The position numbers were made by a program, and so were the translations under genes. 64,000 nucleotides of DNA from NCBI GenBank assembly GCA_951406725.2, contig OX597815.1, positions 96,968,001 to 97,032,000 of the forward strand, written 5' to 3'. Of the stretch, positions 52,629 through 64,000 are shown piece by piece. Below the pieces are notes generated by a model, which searched no databases, was not told the origin of the DNA, and was given only the letters and a program-made list of their open reading frames with translations. Positions within the stretch are counted from its first letter, which is position 1; each line of letters opens with the position of its first letter. This stretch comes from Octopus vulgaris. Its lineage: Eukaryota.

Positions 52629-54149
52629 TTAATTTCTCTGTGTCAGTATGTTCGGATGGTTGAGTCTGGGTTTGTACTTTTCAATGAAGAATGTTTCCTT
52701 GTTCAGTCTCATTTGTGTTGATGATCCGAAAGCACATTGGTAAAATGGGAAGATTAAAAATTGTGGCAGTAGTTGCTTTGCGCATTTCTCAATGTGCTCA
52801 CTAAAAGGTATCATTCTATATTCTGGGAATGCAATCTGTTGTCGATGCAGTGTGCATCTGCGCCTGAGTGATAGTCCCGTGGAACCCACGTAGTCTTGGT
52901 GGCAGCCCGAGCATTTAATAACATAAATTATGTTTTCAGAGGCACAAGTAAAGTTAGATTTGATCTTAAATTTCTGTCCTTCTTTAAAGAAGAATTCTGA
53001 TCCTTCCAATAGGTTAGGACATGTTGCACAGTTCGATCTACCACATTTTTTTACTTTTGCATCCGTAATTTTAGAAGACAATTTTGCCTTTGTGAGAATC
53101 TTTTTAAGTGATTTAGGCTGTTTGTAGCTTTTAATGATTTGGTGTATGTTTAGAATTTCCCTTAATTTTGGGTTTTTATGAAGTATTGGTAAATTCTGGG
53201 TGATGATGGTGAAGGCTTCTTTGTTTCTGGGGTTGTATGTAGATATGTAAGGTAGTATTTTCGGGGAAGGTGTGTTGTTGTGTTGAACTTTTCTTAAAGT
53301 TTCTATGTTGATTTCTGTTGCACGTCTGATCCCATCCTCTATGAGTTGAGCTGGGTAATGTCTGTCAATTAGGGTGTTTTTGAGTTCTTGCAGTCTAAAG
53401 TTCCTGGTATTTTGTTCTGACACTATTGTGCATATCCTTCTTGCAAGGTTGAAGGGTATGTTTGTTTTAGTGTGTCTTGGGTGGCATGAATTAAAAAGAA
53501 GGTATTGTTTGGCGTCTGTGGCTTTGTAAAAAATGTCTGTTTCTATTTTAAGGTTAATTTTTTTAATTAGTATATCCAAGAACGGGAGCTCCTTTTGGTT
53601 GTATTCCATTGTGAACTGTATATTTGGGTTTATGCTGTTCAATAGGTTTTTAAATTTTAGGAGTTTATCTATGTTTTCATTCCAGAGAATGAAACAATCG
53701 TCTAGGAATCGTTTCCAATTCTCTTTTATGTATTGAGAGAGGGAGTTTCCAAAGATTGATAGAGATTCCTGGTAAATGATTATTTCCATGTATCCCATTG
53801 TTAAGTTCGCAATGACTGGTGCTGCCCTTGTACCCATAGCAATTCCGGATTTTTGACGGTAAAATGTATTGTCAAACATGAAGTGGTTATTGTGTAGGAT
53901 GAATTCAATTGATTTAGTAATGAATTCCTTACTGATCCTTTTTGGTATTTCTTCCGGAAATTGGTCTAACCAGAATTGTATTGCCTCCAGTCCATAATTA
54001 TGAGGTATACTGGTATACAAGTTGACTACATCAAATGAAACCAGGATTGTTTCTTCCTTGGTTTTTTTTGGAAGGTGGTTTAACATATCTAAGTCATCTC
54101 TGATATGGCTATCGATATGTTTAAGGAAGGGTTTCAAGAGGATGTCCAT
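52629..54149 (-). CDS. Penelope-like reverse transcriptase plus GIY-YIG endonuclease (N-terminally truncated, otherwise uninterrupted)
   Basis: RT motifs LVSFDVVNLYTSIP, YRQKSGIAMGT, RFLDDCF, LPFLDI and YKATD; linker CGRSNCATC; endonuclease NIIYVIKCSGCHQDYVGST..LRRRCTLH...E. The frame is open up to the inversion junction at ~54173, so the listed Met is internal. Confidence 0.95.
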   Translation of the reverse strand: MDILLKPFLKHIDSHIRDDLDMLNHLPKKTKEETILVSFDVVNLYTSIPHNYGLEAIQFWLDQFPEEIPKRISKEFITKSIEFILHNNHFMFDNTFYRQKSGIAMGTRAAPVIANLTMGYMEIIIYQESLSIFGNSLSQYIKENWKRFLDDCFILWNENIDKLLKFKNLLNSINPNIQFTMEYNQKELPFLDILIKKINLKIETDIFYKATDAKQYLLFNSCHPRHTKTNIPFNLARRICTIVSEQNTRNFRLQELKNTLIDRHYPAQLIEDGIRRATEINIETLRKVQHNNTPSPKILPYISTYNPRNKEAFTIITQNLPILHKNPKLREILNIHQIIKSYKQPKSLKKILTKAKLSSKITDAKVKKCGRSNCATCPNLLEGSEFFFKEGQKFKIKSNFTCASENIIYVIKCSGCHQDYVGSTGLSLRRRCTLHRQQIAFPEYRMIPFSEHIEKCAKQLLPQFLIFPFYQCAFGSSTQMRLNKETFFIEKYKPRLNHPNILTQRN

Positions 54150-54561
54150 AAGTAGACTTAGTCTGTGTGTTTCACGGGACTATCACTCAGGCGCAGATGC
54201 ACACTGCATCGACAACAGATTGCATTCCCAGAATATAGAATGATACCTTTTAGTGAGCACATTGAGAAATGCGCAAAGCAACTACTGCCACAATTTTTAA
54301 TCTTCCCATTTTACCAATGTGCTTTCGGATCATCAACACAAATGAGACTGAACAAGGAAACATTCTTCATTGAAAAGTACAAACCCAGACTCAACCATCC
54401 GAACATACTGACACAGAGAAATTAACAAGGAAATGGGAAAAAAATTTTTTAAGCGATTATCTCCCCTACACCGGAAAAAATCACTCACTACCTCCCCTTA
54501 TTTAGAAATCTCCTGGAAATAAAAACAACGATAAATCCATGCAATATAAACATAACGTCAC

Positions 54562-54601
54562 AAGAAATTTGAAAAGCTACACGCGAAACCGGTAATTTCT
54601 T
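54562..54601 (+). ncRNA. Minimal type I hammerhead motif with U3-A8 core; mirror copy at 52453-52492 on the minus strand
   Basis: AAGAAAT-TTGAAAA-GC tacac GC-GAAA-CCGG-TA-ATTTCTT: 7-bp stem I and palindromic ACCGGT stem III. Confidence 0.7.
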
Positions 54602-54734
54602 TAAAAATTTAAAAATTATGTCATTTTAAGGAAAGGAAAAAAAATTTTTCCAATATTCTCCAGACATTTTGACACAAATATATATATCTTTTAACATTTA
54701 AGCCTTCTGTCGTTTTTTCACACTTTACTATTTT

Positions 54735-54827
<93 letters not shown>

Positions 54828-54878
54828 ATGTGTTTGTGTGTGTGTGTGTGTGTGTATATGTGTACTTCTAGTTTTTAT

Positions 54879-54932
<54 letters not shown>

Positions 54933-54935
54933 TAT

Positions 54936-55140
54936 TGTTAGCACGCCGGGCGAAATGCTTGGCGGTATTTCGTCTGCCGTTAGTTCTAACTTCAAATTCC
55001 GCCGAGGTTGACTTTGCCTTTCATCGGGGTCAATTAAATAAATACCAATCACGCACTGGGTTCGATGTAATCGACTTAATCCCTTTGTCTGTCTCTGTTT
55101 GTCCCCTTTATGTTTAGACCCCTGTGAACAATAAGAAAAA
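54936..55140 (+). mobile_element. SINE family A (slightly 5'-truncated)
   Basis: GTTAGCACGCCGGGCGAAATGCTTGGCGGTATTTCGTCTGCC...TTCAAATTCCGCCGAGG is nearly identical to 44470 onward. Confidence 0.9.
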
Positions 55141-55199
55141 ATATATATATATATATATGTGTATGTATGTATGTAATATGTATGTATCGAACAGCGTAA

Positions 55200-56680
55200 T
55201 AGAAACATATATTTTCTTTAAGCCTACGTATATGTACAATAGTTTCTAATGCAAACACCAGAGACACACGACTACATGAACTAATGGATACACTCATCAC
55301 CAGGAACTACCCACCTTCACTAATTGACATATGCTTTCAACGTGCCCTTCAACTCAACATCCAGGAATTCAGACATCCCAAACTAAAGAAAAATTTACAA
55401 CCAAAAGCCCTACCATTCATCTCCACACACCACCCTCTCAACAATGAAGCGTTTGGCACCATCCTCCAAAGTATACTCCTGCTAAAAAAGGACCACAGAA
55501 TGAATTTACTCCTCCAAACACACCATCATAAAAAGCAAGAGACAGCCCAAATCTACGAAACGTCTCCTAACGCAAGCCCGAATACGATCAACAACAGAGA
55601 AACCGTCAGTAAAAAAATGCGGAAGACCCAACTGTGGGATATGTGTCAATTTAATTGAGGGCTCAGAGTGCTTCGGAGAACGTGATATACGCACTAACAT
55701 GCTCTGGGTGCGAAGAGCAATACATAGGCCTAACAAAAATCAGTCTAGGTAAAAGAATAGCTCTGCACAAATCCTAGCTCAAATTTCCCCAAAACAGAAA
55801 AATAGCATTCAGCCAACACATAGGCAATTGCGCCAATAACAAAAATCCAAGCTTCAGAATTATTCCCCTCTACAAATTCAGAGATGATACAACCTGGAGC
55901 CAACGAATTAGTAAAGAGACTCTCTTTATTACAAAATACAAACCCCTTTTGAAAGCGTCTACCGCAAACGACATATTACCACGGCCTTAGAATAACACCA
56001 ATACACACGCAAATATTAAAAAATGATACAGCCAAGAGATTCCCGAGAGTTCATTAAAAAACAGTGCCAATCGCTGCTATAATCTATAACATGTCAACTT
56101 TAAGTCACTTGACCATTTAACACCCTACAACTGTCATACTATCTACATTCTTTCTTATTCTCCCTTCTCTTTCTTTTTCTTTTTCTTCTTCTTGTTCTTC
56201 TTCTTCTTGTTCTTCTTCTTCTTCTTCTTCTTCTTCTTCTTCTTCTTCTTCTTCTTCCTAACTTTACCACTGTTACTGTTTAGAATAACATCTACGCATA
56301 TTTTATAAACAAAACATTCAAAAGTGATGTTTCGGGAATTCAACAATTACTACTACCATCCACAGCGGGTCATTTTCAGGGCAATTGGCCATTCTGCATG
56401 GCACACCCACAACGACCTCGAACCCAGAAGAATAAAGACGAGAGACAGAGAGATGCAGAAACAAGGAAAATGCCACTTGTATTTGAACACTTAGCAACAA
56501 TTCTTTTAATTTTTCATTTAATTTTAAGTCTTTTAATTTTAATTGAAAGTCTTCTTTTAATTTTTTAAAAATTTGATTGTTTTCCATTCTTACAGTTGAA
56601 ATAGTCTCGATGACTGAAACCGGTATTGAAATGTTTTTTTATAAAATTATTTTAGCATTTTCTATGTTGACTTTTTTTCC
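55200..56680 (+). pseudogene. Decayed 3' half of a Penelope-like element (RT thumb, GIY-YIG remnant, pLTR with a hammerhead motif at 56590-56631)
   Basis: LRICTIVSNANTRDTRLHELMDTLITRNYP, LPFISTHHP, KSKRQPKS, KKCGRPNCGIC, FRIIPLYK and KYKPLL. Motif TTGAAAT-AGTC tcgat GACT-GAAACCGGTA. Confidence 0.85.
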
Positions 56681-56724
<44 letters not shown>

Positions 56725-57507
56725 ATATGTATGCATGTGTGTGTGAGTGTATACATATATATATGAAGACGTAGTACTTCTGCAAAGATGCGTAGTGAAG
56801 AATTACTCCTTTCGGCTTCACAGGATTGAACACATACTGCCGGCACCACGTATAAGCCTTTTGCATATTTACATACCCATATTGCAGGCGGACACCTGCG
56901 TGCCATGTATGTACAACAGTTTCATGAGTGCAAGTTTATTAACGTGTAAAGGATGAAATATGCATTCATTAACATAGATATTCATAAATTCCTGAACTTC
57001 TCCGGACAAAAAAGATTTATTTGTTATCACTTTCTTAGTAAGCAGCAGGAATACTGCGGAAAACATATTTGAAAGATAAGCATATGTGCATTCATATATA
57101 TTTCCAGTGACAAGCATGCATATATATATAAAGTGGTATGCATGTGGCTTGTGTAATGTGTATGTGTTTTGACTGTGTTGTGTTTGATAGAGAGTAATTT
57201 AACATTTCTAAAGAAACGCTTTCTTTTCCTCTAACGTAATGCTTAAAATGTATGTATGAATGTGTAAACTATTTAATTCTGTTGTTTAGGAAAGAAGATC
57301 AAGGCATGTTTATGTACATATTTATGAACGTGTATATGCGCGTTTTAATATAGAAGAGCTGTATATCGATTCATCATCGTATTGTTTGAATCAGTATATT
57401 TTAATAAATATTTATTTTTCTCTCTGTATCACTTTTAACACAATAGAGCGATGTTTAGCAAACGAAGTTCATACAACGAGATGCATTGTTCTCACTCTCT
57501 CTCTATT

Positions 57508-57580
<73 letters not shown>

Positions 57581-59509
57581 CTGAGAGTATGTTTGCATAT
57601 ATATATAAACATATGCGTACGTGTGTATGTTTGTGTATGTGCATATTTGTATGGGTGTAAATTATTATTCTACATTATCTTATCCTTGTACTTGTCTGTG
57701 TAAACACACTCACATATAGACATGCACGCCTATATTTTGTTGCTGTCCTTTGAATACCTGAAATATTAACATAACTCATGTTCAGTAGTGTGAAATGACA
57801 AACTATATTTCGTGTTATTGTCCCAACGTGTGTATTTTTGATTGTCGACTGTCTGATTAGATATATGTGAAGTACTTTTATTCTGGGCGTCTCAAATCAT
57901 TATACAAATTATACTGGTGGATTTACATTCTATTTATGTATCTTCCTTTTACTGTTTGATGTTTTTTTTTAATCTAGTGATTACATTTATTATCCAGAAG
58001 TCAATATTGCTGTGTCTCCTTCGTAATGTGTTTGCACGTAAACATGTGTGGGTGCCCATGTATATGTGTAGGTGCGTATGTAAAAATATGTATATTCACA
58101 CGAATGGCCGCAGACACAAATCTATTTACTCACGATCACACATTCAGTCCCGCAATATATATATATATATATACATATATACATATGTAGAAAGAAAGAG
58201 AGATACATAGAAATATTTAGACTTATGCTATGTGCCATGATACACGGATAAATGATGTAATCATAGAATAATTTCATTTTCTGAAGTGTTAAGCGTGAAA
58301 CAGAAACAAATTTTGTTCTATCCTAGTTGCTAAATCTAGATAATGCTATGTTTTATCCATAGGTCTGTACTTTTATTTAGGTACAACGGAATGAATATAA
58401 GGTTCATATGAATAGATACGAAAGAGTTATAATCAATGTAATTAGTATAATTATATGTAGTGTCTTTAATTAGATGTTATATATGAGAAAAAGTTTTTTC
58501 AAAATTCATGAAATGTTAAGGGGAAATATATCGGGAAAATTAAAGTAGGATGAGCGGATTTTATATTAGCAAGTCATATAAGATGTATTGGGAAAATATA
58601 ACACGTTAAAAAGATAGGTGAGTAAGATCACATTTATGGTGCTGTGCAGCTGTTATTTTAATGTATTCTTTTGGATCTAAACTACTCACGATTGAGACTA
58701 ATTTTGCACTTGGAAAATTAACGTTAAGGGCATAACCAGCTTATATGCATCTCCCCTTCTTAGTCAAAACTTTAATATGCATGTTTTTTCTTGCTTCTGT
58801 TAGGAAGGATGAGTGCAAATTGTGGGAGATTTGCTGGAAATCCCCGAAGTTAGAGCAAACATGCATATGCTGTTTCGTTGGCTCGTCTGTAAAAGTTGGT
58901 TAAAAGAACGAGTACACACTAAAATAAAACTATGGTCGATCTATTAATCCATTAATGATATAATAAATCAATGAAATTGGGAAGAAACAATGGTTGAAAA
59001 TAAAGAAAACGGAAGGTGAAAGATTGAAAGCGAGAAGAAAAAATGGGAAAAGGGCTGAAAATGCCGGCAATATAATTAATCAGAAACTAATTTCTCATTT
59101 GGCTTTCTGTCTAATCAATAGGTTATCTGTGAAAGCATTTCTCTCCACAATATGGGCTCATTTTTTTAAGTGTAAAATTAGAGTACTATTGCCAATCGCA
59201 TTGTCTTTTCGATTGTTAGGTCACGCCGGAACGAGGTACATTAACTGCATTAACCAATGAATGTGCCCACCATTATGAAGACTATTTTAGGGAAGTATTT
59301 TGCTACTGTACTCGCAGCTGTGTCAATAACAGCTATTTTCTCATGATTACGTTCTGTTACTCACAGCAAAATAATTGGAATCCGATGTGCGAAACAATAA
59401 TGATTCAGCATTTCGTATGTAAGCAGTGCTCTTCTTTTCACATTCTTACAAAACGAATCGAACAACTGCTTGGCAAGACGTTTACCTATTATAGATGTTT
59501 TCGATCTAG

Positions 59510-60013
59510 TTTGGATTCTTTGCCATCAAATTTGAATTTTCAATTGGTGATCCAGCCTTGGAAAAAAACAGTTAAACTACATCAGCCGTAAGGGAATACA
59601 TGTCTATCTTATCTAACTCGTCCAGTAGAGCCCACAAATTGATATCTGAAAAGTTTGATGAAATAACTCATGAACACTGCGATAGCTTCTAACAAAAGAT
59701 GCTCCGTTACGTCGACCCATCTGAACAAGGGGAGATAATAGAAAAAGAATCATTCGTTTATTATCTCCCCTTGTTCAGATGGGTCGACGTAATGGTGCAT
59801 CTTTTGGTAGAAGCTATCGCAGTGTTCATGAGTTATTTCATCAAACTTTTCAGATATCAATTGGAGGGCTCTACTGGAAGAGTAGATAAGATAGACATGT
59901 ATTCCCTTACGGCTGATGTAGTTTAAGTCTCTCTTTTTTTCAAGGCTTGGGCAATAATTGAAAAATTCAAATTTGATTGCAAAGAATTCAAATTTGATGG
60001 CAAAGAATCCAAA
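59510..60013. repeat. Long inverted repeat / hairpin (~230-bp arms, 18-nt loop), MITE- or foldback-like
   Basis: 59510-59740 is the reverse complement of 59759-60013 with scattered mismatches. The right arm carries a 21-bp tandem duplication near its end. Confidence 0.93.
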
Positions 60014-62824
60014 TTATATACATCATATGCATATCAATACTTTTGCCGGATAATGCACAGTATACAGATCCGAACATTTTCAAAAATATGGCTCTCACTA
60101 CAAGCAAACTAAAACTCATGCTAAATAATTCAATTCCCTGTATACTTTCGTCACGCTTTGTATATACACTTTAGTTGAAAGTGAGTTTAGTGCGCAATAA
60201 CAGAGGTAATTTAAAACCAATATATTTAAACCATTTTCGTTTGCTTAAAGAACATAAACGTCACTATAATTTGTATTATCTCGTCCTTATATATCGTAAT
60301 ATATCATCCTATTTATACACATCAATCTATTTATTTACAAGTTGGATGATATATTGGGTTTTTTGAGTCATGGAAAACTATAAGAGTCATGAAAACACTA
60401 CATCTGTCACGAAAATCTGCTTTGAAATAAAACTGATTATGAATACATTTGTTGCTAGCAGATGAATGTATATTACTGCCCCTCATAAATTTGCTCATCA
60501 TGTAGTTGAATATAAAATCAACTTACTAAATATTAAATGAATTGCATCCTTGCCATAATTTTATGGTAAATATCCATTGTATTCGACTATATATGGATTG
60601 GAATATAATCACTGGCTTGTTGTCAAAATAACTTCGTCAGTGGCCCCAATTAATCTTATTTCATTTGAAGCAAAAATAATTAAGCAGAAAAGAATTAATT
60701 GCTGATAAACTTAACAAAAGGCATTCTCTATTCCAAAATTCAATTTATATGTCGCACAACCTTTAACTTACATACACTCGTAAAATATCCTTTTAGTATA
60801 CATTTTGTTGCATAGGATGTTGAATGGAGGCAGGCTGCTGTGTTAAAGAAAAGAACTGAAACACAACACTGTGAACATAATTTGAATGATCAATTATAAG
60901 AGGTACCTGTTCAGTTACGTTTTATTTGATTAATTTTTTTCTGTTTACCATTTTCTTTTATGAATTTGCTGACCAGCATTCAGATTTTGTGTTATCAAAG
61001 ATTTCTTTAAATTACTAAATTACAATAGTGACAATATCAAACGCCCAAAATATAAAAAAAAGACGAAGAAAAGATCTTTAACAAAGTGTGTGTTGCATCC
61101 TACACAATTTAATTGAAATAATACAAGCAGCAATTCAGATGTCAAGATATTCCATTTTTTCCGCATAATCCTTTTTCTTTTCTAATTCCTTGAATTTCTA
61201 AACTTAATTAGAATTTCCAAAGCGTAAAATGAACTGTATTGAGATTCTAATTGCATGTTGAATTTTATGTGTTTCTCATTGCAATGAACATTACTTCAAA
61301 TTATTTCAAATATACTGCTGTCTTTCTCCATCCACACGAATAAATTCAATATACGAGTTTTACGTATCCGTACAATGATCATTCAGCCATTTTGAAATAC
61401 AGTGGAAGGTGACGTTTTTCTTACTCTTAAGTTTGTGATTAAATTACTTCAAGAAAATTTCCTAATCATATGACTCGCTTAATATCTAGTGACCTATTCA
61501 GTAGCTACAACCTTTATGTCAGACTCTGAACTATTGTCTGCTTTCCGTTTATTTTCCATCATTTCATTGTCTTTGACGTCTTTTATTTTGTTCTTTTATC
61601 GAACAAGCTTATTGGGTTCCTGTTAGCTGTTGTTATTCAATTCAAAGAAATGAAGCAAAATCTTATGAAAAACACCAGAGGTTTTTTCTTCTTTCTATTC
61701 TTTTGTTATGTATTTCTAGAATTTGTAGAAGGGCATACTGCGGGGAATTATTATTTGTTTCTTTTCAACACAGATGTATTCATTTGTTTTAATATAATTT
61801 GGTTAAACGAAGAAAAGTTTAAAGAATAGCATTGTGCGAAAGAAAGAAGCCAGAAGACAAAGGAATCAACATACAAAATATCAAAGTTAAGAGGAGATAT
61901 AAAAGAAACATAACGTTTGACAATAGGAAAATATTAAATTTGAAATAGTTGCTAATGGATAAAATGTTATTTCCCAAGTAGGCAAATGCTATTTAAATAA
62001 TGTGTTCATTTTTTTTAATATAAAAGTTAATAATTATTCACTGAAATATTTCAGGAGAAAGGTTATAGAAGCAAAGCAGAGGCTGGTGAGGTTGATGTGA
62101 TTGATATTAGCTTTGAGCTCATTTTGGTAGATGATGGGAAAATGCCTATATTTCGAGAGACGGGATTGTGGAAGAGTAAGACTAACAACATCTAAAACAA
62201 AGGTCTGTACAGAATCGTTAGAAAATGAAGAAATATGAACCGCAAACTTTGGAAATGTTTGCAATGATCCCACCTCACATACACGTGTCCTTGTGTATGT
62301 GTTAATGATCGTGTGTCAGAGATATAAAGAAAGCGTTGCCACATCAGATTGCTAATCTTTCAACAACATTCTCTTTAGAACCAAATATTTATCCAAACTG
62401 TAGCGACAAAAAATAAAGGATTCATTCTGCAGAGCTAATGTGAACAATGCGGAAGGTCGTATTTTCTCTCCCGTTTGCAGCATACATAGCAAGCTGGAAA
62501 AAGTTGTATTAATGGACTTATCAAATTATAGTAAAAGGCAAGAAAACGAAAAAGAAATATTTATTAAAAAGGTGAAATTTCGTTACGATTAAATTATTAC
62601 AAGCTCTAATATTTGCTCTGATTCGAATTACAAGAGTTAATTATTGAATGCTAATACTTATGATTTCAATAAGGCGAAGAATTGAAGTTAGGAATGAAGG
62701 TGTCCCTGATGGTAAAAAGAGAAGCGAGAAAGGACTACATGACGTTTTGTTAGGTAATATCGGTATTTAGGTCTGCTTATTGTCGTACAGTATTTTCAGG
62801 CAAATCACGACTGATATATAAATA

Positions 62825-63200
62825 TGCGTCGCTGTATGATAAGATGTTTGCTCCCTAACTACTGAGATCTGCGTTCAGTGCCACTGAGTAGTACTTTGAG
62901 CAGGTGTCTCTTATTATGGCCTTAGGCCGACAAAAGCCTCGTGAATGGATTTGGTAATCTAAACTGTAAGAAACCCGTCGTATGTGTGTGTGTGGGAAGG
63001 GGGGGCAATGTGTTCCTATGTGTGACTGTGTGTATATATTTGTCCACCACCACCACCGCTTGGCAATTAGAGTTTTATGTGTTTACATCCCAGTAGCTTA
63101 GTCATTTGGCAAAGAGACTAAAAGAATAAGTACCAGGTTTAAAAAAATATAATCACTGGGCTTGAGACATTCGATAAAATTTCTTCTAAGCGATGCTCAA
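62825..63200 (+). mobile_element. SINE family B (OR-like)
   Basis: TAAGATGTTTGCTCCCTAAC..GTTCAGTGCCACTG..TTGAGCAGGTGTCT..GGCCGACAAAAGCCTCGTGAATGGATTTGGTA..GAAACCCGTCGTA(TG)n..GCAAAGAGAC..GAATAAGTACCAGG. Confidence 0.85.
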
Positions 63201-64000
63201 TTTTAGCTCCAATAAGTACAAGTTCAAAGTTAAATATATCTTAGATTTCGTATGATCGTGTCCAGGTAAATATATTAGTCGATGAAATTCAAGTGCAGTC
63301 GCGCTTATATGTTTTATTTTTGTAGTCTACAATTTTATAATGTTACATATTATGATAAGTCAAGAGCTTTCATGCTTTCAGCAATTTTCAGGTTTATATA
63401 GTAGCAGTATTAACCGACATTTATATCTCACAACTGATAATTGTAGTGGAGTGCTTGAATTTGTCCTTGAAATAATTTCCAGTAAGCACCAGTAAGCTAT
63501 GTTAGGAGATGCCTTCTAACATATCAGCGAGCGGCTTAGACATCAAGTTTGGGTGAATGCGCCAGCATAGTTGATATTGATACAGTGTTATTCATAGCAA
63601 AAAAGAAAAAAGCATCATAATAAAGCAGCGTGCGGCTTCGTTGTCACAGCTTCGTAAGCGCGCCAACACAGCGGACATTAGAAAGCGCGTATCAGAGAAT
63701 TTTTAATCAAAATCATGTAGAAAGGAGTTTGAGGTATATTCAGATGTAAAAAAAGACGTTTTTACGTGAAGAGAAAATGGGTAACACAGAATTCCCATCA
63801 CTCGCTATTATGGTAACTAAAACGACATAACTATCACTATTGATATATATTATAAAGAAAGATACATATCAGTATCCGAACTCTAAATCACATATATGTA
63901 TGCATGTATATGTGTATGTAGGTATGCGTGCATGTGTGTGTGCTCGCTTGCGTGTGTGTGCGTGTGTATGTATGTATATACGTATGTATGCTTGTATGTA

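Larger units (their letters stand above)
52276..54743 (-). mobile_element. Young 5'-truncated Penelope-like (Neptune-type) retroelement with an inverted pseudo-LTR, inserted in (TA)n
   Basis: 571-bp inverted arms at 52311-52881 and 54173-54743 (shared coding part translates identically), a 35-nt 3' extension at 52276-52310, and (TA)n on both sides. Confidence 0.95.

Noticed and set aside
54165-54425. 86-aa plus-strand ORF as a separate gene
   Set aside because: It is the inverted copy of the Penelope ORF C-terminus; the start comes from junction sequence.
1348-58210. Dozens of short ORFs with HT/CV/YI/RE/poly-S/poly-I runs
   Set aside because: They are translations of di- and trinucleotide microsatellites, with no domain signal.
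62055-62176. Possible plus-strand exon (TTTCAG...GTAAGA; EKGYRSKAEAGEVDVIDISFEL)
   Set aside because: No recognisable homology or partner exons.

Overview
AT-rich eukaryotic DNA full of microsatellites and transposons. The tRNA-derived SINE families suggest an octopus or other coleoid cephalopod (inference). No host protein-coding exon can be supported; the window looks intronic or intergenic, and nearly all listed ORFs are microsatellite artefacts or transposon remnants. The only long intact ORF (52629-54149, minus strand) is a 5'-truncated Penelope-like (Neptune-type) RT plus GIY-YIG retroelement. The rest is decayed Penelope, Dong/R4, CR1, RTE and mariner copies, SINEs and possible Helitron-type elements. 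Main observations: (1) four different elements beside (TA)n, two clearly Penelope-type and two inferred, share a head-to-head inverted architecture; one arm stops at an internal TA-rich run, the other keeps a 3' extension, and the junctions carry fold-back or microhomology scars; (2) several minimal hammerhead ribozyme motifs, three with a compensatory U3-A8 core; (3) a duplicated E-box/CCAAT/E2F module in one pLTR; (4) two dispersed copies of a putative 5'ETS/18S rRNA junction; (5) a ~500 bp hairpin.
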